Below are positions 41,678 through 51,005 of a stretch of DNA of 64,000 nucleotides, piece by piece. The notes below the pieces were generated by a model. That model saw only the letters and a program-made list of their open reading frames with translations, was not told the origin of the DNA and made no database searches. Each line of letters begins with the position of its first letter. Position 1 is the first letter of the stretch. Source of the DNA: a virus; IMG/VR virus record IMGVR_UViG_3300043436_005236, positions 1 to 64,000 of that record; one strand, given 5' to 3'. The translations under genes were made by a program, and so were the position numbers.

Positions 41678-42054
41678 ACGTTAATCTGCGAAAGTATATT
41701 TGTCAAGACAACATCAATATATTCAGGTAAAATATATTTATAATCTTTACCAGCTTCTGCAATAAAGATATTTTCAGGTTTGTTAAGAAGCCAAATTAAC
41801 CACCATAGACTTGTTGTTTCGTAAAGTTCAAAAGAAAACGTCGTCCAGGGGAGATTTTTTGTAAGAGTAAACACATCATAAACGCTTGTATCAATAATAT
41901 CCGAAATTTGAATTTTATTTAGAATATTGTAAAAATAATAGCTTTTATTTTCCTCATTTGAAGTCTTATACACATTAAAAATATTCTCGTACCGCTCTGG
42001 TGGTAGAGCAGGAAGCCGTTTTATTTGATTTTGTTGTGCGCCGAGATCGATCAT
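41674..42054 (-). CDS. gp53: Baseplate wedge subunit gp53-like (LysM-like)
   Basis: SFELYETTSLWWLIWLLN motif; position. Confidence 0.75.
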   Translation of the reverse strand: MIDLGAQQNQIKRLPALPPERYENIFNVYKTSNEENKSYYFYNILNKIQISDIIDTSVYDVFTLTKNLPWTTFSFELYETTSLWWLIWLLNKPENIFIAEAGKDYKYILPEYIDVVLTNILSQINV

Positions 42055-43205
42055 TTTGTTGATGTTGTAATTTTTTGTCTGAAACCTGACGATATCATAG
42101 TATTGCCAATATCTGCTAATAAGCTTTGAAAAGTTAAGGTAACTACGTATGCTTCAGGTATTGTTGTTTCACAGGATATCCCTTCCCCTTTACTAGTCAC
42201 GCTAGGCAGCTTAACCGTCTGCAATCTACGCGAGCCAAGAAAATTAACAGTCATATTAGAAATGTAGCAATAAGGAAAAAACTCTTGACCGGGTAGTGTT
42301 AATGTATATATTTTTGGTGGCAGTATTCTCGAAAAAGACGTTCTATAAGGTTTATTTTGATAAGCTAACAACCATAGCAACTCGTAGTTTTGTTGATACG
42401 GTAAAACTTGATCCTTACCCTGACTAACAACGCCCCTACTAAAAGTGTTAAATAGCGGAAATGTAACTGTTACGCTTTTACCTTCTGCAGGATATTGAAA
42501 ATGCTTTGGTTTTTCAATAAAAGTACCAGGCTGTGCAATATTTACCGCACTCGCAACCTCCTCTACTACTTTCAGCCCTGTATTTACAAGCGACGCAATA
42601 GATTGACTGCCTTGATAGCTCTCATTAAAGCTATTTGCCGTTCCTATCGTATTTTCACCAAAATACGGTAGTACATAGTTAAACCCTGTCTTTTTTGTGT
42701 AATATATACCTATATACGATTTTAAATAATCCGAAGCTGTTAAAAGTGCTTTATCCTCTGATGAAACAGCGTTAGAATTAACGTAGCTTTTAAAAGACGC
42801 TATTCCATCTTTGAAAGTCTGTGTAATACTATTACCGCTACTAGCGTCACCTGTACCTGTGCCTGTAGTAAGATTTTTAAGTTGTGTTATCGCGTTTTGA
42901 CCGTCAGCGCCTAAAAGGTTAGCACCAGCATTTGTTATTGCATTAATATAATACAAAGCGGATGAAATAAGCGAATTAAGCTCTTGTTTTCTCTCTGTTA
43001 GATATACTTTTGGTATTTTTTTTATAGTCTCCGTACCTACAGGCGAAGCAGACCAGATAAAATCATTAACAACATCTATAATTCCACCGCTTGTCTTTGG
43101 ACCAAGGATGATCTCTTTATCGGTATTTTGAAGCGTACCTTTACTACCAGCAAGTGTTGTACTTGCTTTCGCTTCTGAAACTTTAAAATAATAAGGAGCG
43201 CCCAT
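42051..43205 (-). CDS. Baseplate tail-tube cap/initiator, gp48-like
   Basis: VTVTFPLFNT, PPKIYTL, CYISNMTVNF, PEAYVVTLTFQSL tube-fold motifs; follows the tape measure gene. Confidence 0.6.
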   Translation of the reverse strand: MGAPYYFKVSEAKASTTLAGSKGTLQNTDKEIILGPKTSGGIIDVVNDFIWSASPVGTETIKKIPKVYLTERKQELNSLISSALYYINAITNAGANLLGADGQNAITQLKNLTTGTGTGDASSGNSITQTFKDGIASFKSYVNSNAVSSEDKALLTASDYLKSYIGIYYTKKTGFNYVLPYFGENTIGTANSFNESYQGSQSIASLVNTGLKVVEEVASAVNIAQPGTFIEKPKHFQYPAEGKSVTVTFPLFNTFSRGVVSQGKDQVLPYQQNYELLWLLAYQNKPYRTSFSRILPPKIYTLTLPGQEFFPYCYISNMTVNFLGSRRLQTVKLPSVTSKGEGISCETTIPEAYVVTLTFQSLLADIGNTMISSGFRQKITTSTK

Positions 43206-43219
43206 ATATAGTATAATTA

Positions 43220-46200
43220 TTATCCGAAGCTAAATTTACCTCCAAATATGCCTGGAGATGTAATCTTATCAGTTTCACCACGGGTACTAGCAATACCCGA
43301 TTCAATTCCCGGTACAGTACTCTGAGCTACCGAACCGCCACCCCGCGATAACCCTGCAATATTCTTATTAAGCTGAGCAATGCCATTGCGAATTTCTTCT
43401 AAAACGCTTACTTGCTTGTTTGAGCCTTGTTCTGATTTACCCGCTAGCTTATCCACACTGTCAATTAATCCTTGTGAAGATGATTCCATTGCTACCGCTG
43501 GAACGGATGGTGATGAGGTGAAAGGTTGAGACATGCTTGTTGTACCGCCTGTGCTCGAAAATATATCTTGAAGGCCTGTTGTAGCAGAGTTTAGAGAACT
43601 ACTAATACCACCATGAAACGCCCCTATCAAGCTACCTCCGGTATCAGTACTACTGCCTAGTGATGATGAACCACTACTCATTATACCTGCTGCTGCAGGT
43701 GTTGCTGCAGCTATAGCAGTAGGCATTACCGATTGTTCTGTATACGGTGGTCCACTAGATCCGCTACCAGATAAAGCAAATGCTAATTGATCTCCTGAAA
43801 ATTTACCTGACTCTCTTTTTGCACGATACTGAGCTAATGCTGCCTTATTGAGACCGACAGGCTCGATATGCCAAGGCTCAAACAATCCTTTACTCATCAT
43901 CGGCCTGTGTAATCCGTATTTTTGAAGAAGCCCAAGACTATCAGCTCTATTAGCATCCGCTGTATTAATATCTAGTGCAAAACCAAACCCGTGGTTTGAT
44001 GTACCTGGCGTTGCAGCATACCCTGGTCTTGCTGTCTTAGCAATAGCAACTTGCTGCTCATATGTTCTATAACCACTTCTCGCACCAGACACATTTATTT
44101 TCTTGCCTGTTTTTTCTTTATATTCAGCTGCCATGCTTTCAAGGCGACGGCGGAACTCTGAATTAAGTCCTCCCATATTAGCGCCATTTATAACAAAATT
44201 TGACTCGCCACCTGACCATGTCGTTGTGACTGGTGCTCCTCCTGAAGCAGGTACGTTTATTGACTGCGGTTGAAATTGACCAGAAGCAGCAGGTGTTGCA
44301 GCAGGCATTACTGATTGCTCTGTATAAGGTGGTCCACTGGATGAAGCAGCAGGAGTTGCAGCAGCAGGAGTTGCAGCAGCTGCTGCAACTGGTACTGAAA
44401 CTGCTGGAGCAGGAGCTGTAGGTACACTCCCACGAGCTTCTATTTGTTGCGAAGCAGTATACGCTGCATTAAAGCGATTCATTAGCCCCTGTCTAAATTT
44501 TGCTCTACTCGCACGACCACGATCCACTACTTCCATTTCATAAGATACACGAGCTTTGTGTAATTTTTCCAAAGCTTGAGGATCTGTATTAAGTGTTTCG
44601 ATTAATTTTTGATAATCTTTCTCACTAGCCATTCCTGTTGCTCTTTGAAGTATACTTCTCAAGCCCCCCTCGCCGCGGTTATGTACAATATCTGTAAGTT
44701 GTAGCTGTATACCGGCGCGATTTGTATGCTTAATAAAAGGCTCAGCGCGTTTAGCAAAGAATAGTTTTGCTTTTGATTCAGCTTCTTGGTGCCTACCTGC
44801 TTCAACTAATGCTTTAAGCTCTGCTGCTTCTTTAGGTTGATAGCGCGCAGTAATACCTGCAACCTCAAAAGCACCACCACCATCGCCTGCAGGTGGTTTA
44901 TAAACTGCTAATTTACCGCCTTTTAATTGCGCTTCTTTGCGGAATGTGAAGTCAGCTATCGACTCCATCGCGCTACTACCTATGGGCATTGGCGAGCTAG
45001 GCGTTGTGCTTGCTGCTGGCGCAGAAGCTTGATACGCTTGAAACAACGGACTACCTGAAGTAGTAGGCATTGCTAATGCTGCCTGCATACCAGGTGCTTG
45101 TACTTCAGGGGATATTGTAGCAGCTGGTGCAGCGGCCTGTGCAGCGCCTGCTATAATTGCTGGATTCTGCTTCCAGCCAGAATTTTTATATTCTTCAACA
45201 GTATTCCAGCCCATTGCCTTAGCATTACGCAATAAAACTGGATCTTCTGCGCTTTCCGCTCCTTTAACAACAGCTGGATTTTGTTTCCAGCCAGAGTTTT
45301 TGTACTCCTCAACAGTATTCCAACCCATTGCTTTAGCATTCTGCAAAACAGTGGTTGTCGAATCTTTTATACCTTTTGATACAGCGGGATTCTGCTTCCA
45401 ACCAGAGTTTTTGTACTCTTCAACAGTATTCCAACCCATTTCTTTCGCTCTTCGCTCTGTTTCGGTTTGCCCGGTAGCTGGTGTAACAGCTTGTGTTTGA
45501 ACAGGCAATGTTTCTTCTGCGCGTTTAGCTGCTTCCGCAGCCGCAGCACCACGACCTCTATTAGGTGATTGTGTTGCAGGTGCACGCATTTCTGTTGGAG
45601 CTATTGTAGCTGCTGGTGTAGCTGCTTGAACGGGTTGAGCTGGAGGTGTGGATACTTGTGTAGTTGCTGTAAGAGGTGGTGGTGTAGCTGCTGGTGTAGC
45701 TGCTTGAGCTTGTGGACTAGATTGTTGTTTAATTCGTTCATACTCTTCTTTTGACTTCCACCCCGAATCTTCATAACCTTTAACGTCTTCGCCCCATCCG
45801 TACTTTTTAGCGTTTTGCTTTGCTTCTTCTGTATATTCTTTCTCATCAGGCTTTAAAAAGCTAGGAACTAAATCTCCCACAGCTTTGATTTTATCGGCAA
45901 CCCATTTTTGAATTAATTCAACCCACTCAGTTACCTTTTTAACCACGACATCAAATCCATTTTTAACCATGTCGATAAAACCGCCGTTAGATTTTATTTC
46001 TGCCGGCTCTTCTACTTTATTATCGTCAAAAAATGACATAATAAAATCTATACCAAGATTTAGACCCGGTACAATACCTAGAAGAGCTCGTCCAAGTAAA
46101 CCGAAGCCTTTACCCCACTGACCCGCCTTAAAAGCATCCCACGCGTCTGCACCGTAAATTAACGAACCAATAACAGGCATAGTTCTTAGTTTTTCACGGT

Positions 46201-47995
46201 CACTCATGACTTTAACAAATTCTGCTTTTAGCCAACTAAAGAAACCACCTTTTGATTCTTTTGCTTCTTCACCACCTTCTTTTTTATCGGTAAATAAAGA
46301 GGAAATAAGATCAATACCTAAATTAACAGCACTGCCTACACCTGATGGGTCAAGAGAGAGAAAACCTTGACCTAGCTTTAGCAAGCCTGTGCCCCAGTTA
46401 CTTTCCTTAAACGCTGTATAAGCATCACCAAAATAGAAAAGAGAGCCGACAAGAGGTACATAGCGTAAGATAGGTGCGATATACTTCATAAACCCATCAG
46501 CAAGATCTGAAAAGAATCCACCTGAGAAAGGTTTTACGCCTTCTTTTTGTTTTTGTGCTTGATCTTCCTGCATATCAGAGATTAACAAGAACCCATCTAT
46601 TGCCATACTCAATCCTGAGCCTAATCCACCAGTGAAGATACCAGCAATATCCAATAATCCAGAAAGCAATTCTAAAGTACCTTTAAAGATCTCGCCCTTT
46701 TTAAATCTTGCTATAGCAAAGCCAATATTAAAAAAGCCACCTATTACGGGTATAAACTTCGCTTTGCTCATAGCAGCTTTAAGGAATGGAGAGTTTTTAA
46801 ATCCCGTTGTAATTGTCTTTATAAGCCCGCCTTCACCGCCGATTTTAAAAGCATCCTTAACAGTTTCACCTATACCTCCAAATAATGATTTAGCTAACTC
46901 TACCGCAGAATCTATGACCATAGCTGGTAGACTTTTTTTTGCGTCACCTGCTATATCAGCCACACCTTCTGCCTTTTTAAGCCAACCTATATTGGAAATC
47001 CTATCGACCGTGTTTTTCCACCAGTCTCTTACAGCAGCTACACGCTCACCAAGCTTTGTATATTGCGTATCATCTACCCACTGACCATCCACTTTTATAG
47101 CCTTAACATCAATAAAAAGGCTATTGTACCACTGACTAATACGCTTTGCAGCTTGTTGCAATCTAGTTGCTGATTTATCTGGAGTGCTATCAGGCAGCTT
47201 TTCATATAAAATAGCGTCTAAAGATTTTGACCACCACCCCTTAACTCTATCGAGTGCTTGGCCTAATTTCGTACGCATACGCGGACCCTCAACTCCCTCA
47301 GGTAACTTTTCGAAAAATAAATCATCTAAAAACTTACTCCACTTCGATTTGACAGCATCAATAGCACTTAACCATTTTTGCTTTAATTCACCAAAAAGCT
47401 CCGCTGTTTTAGGAAATCTAGCTTTAAGATCATCTAAAAACTTAGATAGTTCGAATCCTTTAAAAAATGCCTTAACTCCTTTAAAAGCATCGACAATATC
47501 ATCGAAATACTTACCGAAAGATGTAAAGACATCCTTGACAACATCAATCCACTTACCAATTTTAAAAGCTGCTTTAATTAAAAAGCGACCAACACCGCCT
47601 AAAGTATCGAATAATGCATATGCAGCAGTTGCTATACCGCCTAGAAGAGCTAACCACTTAAGCCAGTCTGGTAGATTAAAAAGATTCAGTCCCATTTTAT
47701 CGCCTGGTTTTGGCGCTGCTGGTATACCACTACCGCTACCAGCAGTAGGTCTAGCTGCTTGTTCTGCTTTAAGTCGTCCCGCCTCTGGACCCTTCTTAAA
47801 AATACCTACCTGTAATACTTGGCCAAAAATAGTAGCAATTTGCGTTACACGCTTAACTTCAGGGTCCGTTAGACGGTCTAATTCACGCTCATCATCTTTA
47901 ATAACTCCTTTTTTATCTGGTTTTGGGACACCTTTATCCTCATCACGCAGTTGAAAGAGCATTAATGCTTTGCTTACTGAATCACTTATTTCCAC
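43220..47995 (-). CDS. Tape measure protein with GH108-like muramidase and M15B-like peptidase domains
   Basis: Helical W-periodic and hydrophobic Gly-rich N-half; DGGGAFEVAGIT...DIVHNRG...FRQGLMNR (GH108/PG_binding_3-like); SGYRTYEQQ...PGTSNHGFGFALDI...EPWHIE (M15B). Confidence 0.8.
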   Translation of the reverse strand: MEISDSVSKALMLFQLRDEDKGVPKPDKKGVIKDDERELDRLTDPEVKRVTQIATIFGQVLQVGIFKKGPEAGRLKAEQAARPTAGSGSGIPAAPKPGDKMGLNLFNLPDWLKWLALLGGIATAAYALFDTLGGVGRFLIKAAFKIGKWIDVVKDVFTSFGKYFDDIVDAFKGVKAFFKGFELSKFLDDLKARFPKTAELFGELKQKWLSAIDAVKSKWSKFLDDLFFEKLPEGVEGPRMRTKLGQALDRVKGWWSKSLDAILYEKLPDSTPDKSATRLQQAAKRISQWYNSLFIDVKAIKVDGQWVDDTQYTKLGERVAAVRDWWKNTVDRISNIGWLKKAEGVADIAGDAKKSLPAMVIDSAVELAKSLFGGIGETVKDAFKIGGEGGLIKTITTGFKNSPFLKAAMSKAKFIPVIGGFFNIGFAIARFKKGEIFKGTLELLSGLLDIAGIFTGGLGSGLSMAIDGFLLISDMQEDQAQKQKEGVKPFSGGFFSDLADGFMKYIAPILRYVPLVGSLFYFGDAYTAFKESNWGTGLLKLGQGFLSLDPSGVGSAVNLGIDLISSLFTDKKEGGEEAKESKGGFFSWLKAEFVKVMSDREKLRTMPVIGSLIYGADAWDAFKAGQWGKGFGLLGRALLGIVPGLNLGIDFIMSFFDDNKVEEPAEIKSNGGFIDMVKNGFDVVVKKVTEWVELIQKWVADKIKAVGDLVPSFLKPDEKEYTEEAKQNAKKYGWGEDVKGYEDSGWKSKEEYERIKQQSSPQAQAATPAATPPPLTATTQVSTPPAQPVQAATPAATIAPTEMRAPATQSPNRGRGAAAAEAAKRAEETLPVQTQAVTPATGQTETERRAKEMGWNTVEEYKNSGWKQNPAVSKGIKDSTTTVLQNAKAMGWNTVEEYKNSGWKQNPAVVKGAESAEDPVLLRNAKAMGWNTVEEYKNSGWKQNPAIIAGAAQAAAPAATISPEVQAPGMQAALAMPTTSGSPLFQAYQASAPAASTTPSSPMPIGSSAMESIADFTFRKEAQLKGGKLAVYKPPAGDGGGAFEVAGITARYQPKEAAELKALVEAGRHQEAESKAKLFFAKRAEPFIKHTNRAGIQLQLTDIVHNRGEGGLRSILQRATGMASEKDYQKLIETLNTDPQALEKLHKARVSYEMEVVDRGRASRAKFRQGLMNRFNAAYTASQQIEARGSVPTAPAPAVSVPVAAAAATPAAATPAASSSGPPYTEQSVMPAATPAASGQFQPQSINVPASGGAPVTTTWSGGESNFVINGANMGGLNSEFRRRLESMAAEYKEKTGKKINVSGARSGYRTYEQQVAIAKTARPGYAATPGTSNHGFGFALDINTADANRADSLGLLQKYGLHRPMMSKGLFEPWHIEPVGLNKAALAQYRAKRESGKFSGDQLAFALSGSGSSGPPYTEQSVMPTAIAAATPAAAGIMSSGSSSLGSSTDTGGSLIGAFHGGISSSLNSATTGLQDIFSSTGGTTSMSQPFTSSPSVPAVAMESSSQGLIDSVDKLAGKSEQGSNKQVSVLEEIRNGIAQLNKNIAGLSRGGGSVAQSTVPGIESGIASTRGETDKITSPGIFGGKFSFG
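45155..45450 (-). repeat. Three tandem AKxMGWNTVEEYKNSGWKQNPA repeats in the tape measure protein
   Basis: Near-identical ~65-bp cores at about 45160, 45274 and 45386. Confidence 0.9.
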
Positions 47996-48003
47996 TCATA
48001 TAT

Positions 48004-48741
48004 TTATTCGCTAGTGAGGAAGCTCGCATCAATTGTAAGCTTTGTTCCGTCATCAAATGTCAACAAACTTTGCTCATACTCTTTATATTTAGAAATATAA
48101 TCAACAATCTTATTGTTGAGCATAAGGGGTAGATTTTCAATAATATTCTTCTTTTCGTGCAAGTTAAGAGTTTCAAAGTTAAGAACCAATTCGCCAATTT
48201 TTACTGTCTTTACGAATTTAATAATTTCATATGTAAGCAGAATATTAATAGAATCTTTTACTTTTTTCTCTTCTGTTGATAGCTTAGCGAATTCAAGAAT
48301 GCTTTTTTCAGTAATAGAAGTATCTTTGTCTAGAGTAGGAATATCCAACTCAACAAAAATATTTTTATATTCAATATTTGGATCACCATCATACTCATAA
48401 ACAAACTTAGGCAAACTATCAAGATTATACTCATTATCGTTTATTTTAACGGTCTGTCCGATACTCGAGCGACGTAATTGTGTAAGAATATAATTTCTAT
48501 CATATAACTTAAATTCTAATGTCTTATCAACACTATTCTCCTTAATAATGTTATTGAGCGTCACCGGCGATTTAATACTACCATCAAACCCTTCCATTAC
48601 TGTCTTAATAATCTCTTTATGCTGCTTAACGGAAAACGCTCTGAATTTTGCTTTCTTTTTTGTAGAGGGAATTATAATATCGATAATTTCTCCGTCGTTA
48701 ATTGTTTCGAGTTGCTGAATGAATTGCTTAATATCGCTCAT
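48004..48741 (-). CDS. Baseplate hub assembly protein, gp26-like
   Basis: IIIPSTKKKAKFRAFSVKQHKEI...DRNYILTQLRRSSIG. Confidence 0.75.
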   Translation of the reverse strand: MSDIKQFIQQLETINDGEIIDIIIPSTKKKAKFRAFSVKQHKEIIKTVMEGFDGSIKSPVTLNNIIKENSVDKTLEFKLYDRNYILTQLRRSSIGQTVKINDNEYNLDSLPKFVYEYDGDPNIEYKNIFVELDIPTLDKDTSITEKSILEFAKLSTEEKKVKDSINILLTYEIIKFVKTVKIGELVLNFETLNLHEKKNIIENLPLMLNNKIVDYISKYKEYEQSLLTFDDGTKLTIDASFLTSE

Positions 48742-48774
48742 ACTGTAATTTATCTAATCTTGTTAATTTTTCAA

Positions 48775-49602
48775 CTATCTTTGTTGTCTTTGTTGTTGCT
48801 GTTGTTGCTTATTCTGCTCTTGTATATCTTTATTGTATAAATTAAAGAGTACACGCGTTTCAATCGGTGAAATATCAAAAAATAAACGCGAATCGCCCTT
48901 TACATAGCTAAAAAAATTATACAGCATAGAGTAAAAACTCGCAAGACTACCAGCAAATAAACTACAAACAAATACCATAACACCATTTGAAATAATGTTA
49001 ATATTGTGTTGCTCGATATCAAATGCTTCGTTTTTCTCAATAACAACAAAATCCTGCAACGTTTGTGATATTCTATTAATGTATTCTTTTAGTTTAAAAA
49101 ATATTGTTGGTGGTAATAAAGATAGTATCGTTTCTTGATCTTGCTGCGATGCTTGTGAAAAAATAATAACATTATTTTTATAATGTATCTCCCTTATAAC
49201 GCGATTAAAAATATCGTCTGCGGTTTTAAAAAATAGAGTATTGGGGAGACCTACTTTAATTTTAAAATCACCGTCTTCAACGGTAGCTAGAAAATCTTCA
49301 TACATATTTTCTATTTTTTCGAGTATTGACTTTATATCTAAATCAACGCTCCGCTTTTCTTTAGTAGTAAAAGTTATACTACCACTAACAAACATCATTC
49401 GATAAAATATCACTAGATAAAAACGATCAATAATATCAAGATCCTTATCAATAAACAGTTCTTCTTCAAAAAACAAATTCAAACCTTCCATATCTTGGTT
49501 TTCGGCAAATTTAATAATTTGTAAGTAGTACCTATTCGTAAGTTCCTTTATACGGACCTCTTTACCACTCGGCACCGTAACTTTTAAAGTAAAATCTTTC
49601 AT
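48775..49602 (-). CDS. Second gp26/gp51-like hub assembly protein
   Basis: VTVPSGKEVRIKEL...IIDRFYL..YR; C-terminal ISPIETRVLFNL resembles gp51. Confidence 0.55.
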   Translation of the reverse strand: MKDFTLKVTVPSGKEVRIKELTNRYYLQIIKFAENQDMEGLNLFFEEELFIDKDLDIIDRFYLVIFYRMMFVSGSITFTTKEKRSVDLDIKSILEKIENMYEDFLATVEDGDFKIKVGLPNTLFFKTADDIFNRVIREIHYKNNVIIFSQASQQDQETILSLLPPTIFFKLKEYINRISQTLQDFVVIEKNEAFDIEQHNINIISNGVMVFVCSLFAGSLASFYSMLYNFFSYVKGDSRLFFDISPIETRVLFNLYNKDIQEQNKQQQQQQRQQR

Positions 49603-50342
49603 TTATTGTAATCTATATCTGTACCTATAGTTTCGTAGTGTGAAAAAGCAAAAGATACGACCTTTTTAATATCACCATCAGTCAGATCACCATAGCTAAT
49701 CTGATCACCAGCAATATTAAATGGCACGGCATTATAGAATTGCATGCGCTTTCTTAATTGAAATGTAGCAGAATCCGCGACAGCTTGTGAATCTTTATCA
49801 CTTTTAATTTGTACTACAGGATTACTTACTCTTGTACGTGTATAAAATCCAATATTAATATGGCATTTTATATCTTCGGATACGTTGCCATCTTCTATTA
49901 ATCCCTTATGTGACGCAGCTAATATCCAAGGACGTAAAAAATAATCAAGCACATCAATATTCGTTTCTGTAAACGTTATATCTAATTTATTAGAGCTAGC
50001 ATAACCAGCGCGTGCACCTGCAAAATAACCAGGTATGAGACCTCCAATAGCATCAACGGGTGAATCAGATATTTGAAAGCTATCACCCGGGAAAGCAATA
50101 TTTGAGGCAAATAAATAACCCGCTCGACCTGATTGATTCATCATTAATTTTTCTACTACAGGCCATGCTGTAACTTCTGATGTACGACGTTCGTATTTTG
50201 TAAGAACCTTATTAATAGCTTTGCCTATAGCTTCGGAAGTGCCTGCGCGTCTTGGCTCAAATTGAATTACCCATAAAAACTTGAGTGGAATATCGTTTCT
50301 CCACTGCGTTTGAAGGTTAATTCTTTCTTCTAACGGGTACAT
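49599..50342 (-). CDS. Tail tube-like protein (gp54/gp19 family)
   Basis: LDITFTET...FLRPWI...FYNAVPFNI...VSFAFSHY. Confidence 0.65.
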   Translation of the reverse strand: MYPLEERINLQTQWRNDIPLKFLWVIQFEPRRAGTSEAIGKAINKVLTKYERRTSEVTAWPVVEKLMMNQSGRAGYLFASNIAFPGDSFQISDSPVDAIGGLIPGYFAGARAGYASSNKLDITFTETNIDVLDYFLRPWILAASHKGLIEDGNVSEDIKCHINIGFYTRTRVSNPVVQIKSDKDSQAVADSATFQLRKRMQFYNAVPFNIAGDQISYGDLTDGDIKKVVSFAFSHYETIGTDIDYNK

Positions 50343-50357
50343 ATATTATATTTAACA

Positions 50358-50392
50358 AAACAGCCTGTGAATACAATATTCACAGGCTGTTT
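50358..50392 (-). terminator. Intrinsic terminator after the tail tube gene
   Basis: 16-bp inverted repeat aaacagcctgtgaata-caa-tattcacaggctgttt with T-rich flanks. Confidence 0.85.
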
Positions 50393-50416
50393 GTAATTAC
50401 GCTTGCTTTTAAAAAA

Positions 50417-50968
50417 TTAAAGCGTGTAAGGATCTACTGTATAATAATGATAAGCAATTGTAACACCAACATCAACAGTATTACCTGTACCAGTAGCAAT
50501 TTGATAGTCAATACTATTAACGTTACGTAATGACGCACCAACTAATTTGTATTGATTCTGTAATGGTTCGAGGTTTTTATCTAATTGAACAAGATTAATA
50601 AAGAAATCACGTCCAGGAGTACCATATACACCTGTTGAAGATCTATCATCAAATGTAAATCTTGAAGCTTGTTCAAAATAGTTTCTTAAATTACTCTCAG
50701 CATCAAGATAGAAGTTAAGAGCGTAGCTATCAGAACCAGGATACGTTGCACCACCAGGTACATTAATATTAAGGCCCATATATGGAACAGCTACGTTAGC
50801 AATGTTTCTTCCAGGCAGCTGTGCAGCTTTGACATAGACAAGGTCTAGATCGCTAAACACAGGCAAGCCTGGTAAATTCATTGATTGAACACGGAAGAGG
50901 AAGTCACGTGAGAAGTCTCCTGTTTCTGCTGCTCTATAAAATTGTTGAATGTTTTGATTAATTGCCAT
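50417..50968 (-). CDS. gp19: Tail tube protein gp19
   Basis: RDFLFRV, VKAAQLPGR...VPYMG..INVPG...VTIAYHYY; directly after the sheath gene. Confidence 0.88.
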   Translation of the reverse strand: MAINQNIQQFYRAAETGDFSRDFLFRVQSMNLPGLPVFSDLDLVYVKAAQLPGRNIANVAVPYMGLNINVPGGATYPGSDSYALNFYLDAESNLRNYFEQASRFTFDDRSSTGVYGTPGRDFFINLVQLDKNLEPLQNQYKLVGASLRNVNSIDYQIATGTGNTVDVGVTIAYHYYTVDPYTL

Positions 50969-51005
50969 ATAATTATTTAGTTAAAGTTGCTTCTTTTCCT
51001 TAAAA

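Noticed and set aside
38495-47954. Long plus-strand ORFs 38495..39265, 46632..47084 and 47184..47954
   Set aside because: Fully antisense to well-supported genes, with no recognisable motifs.
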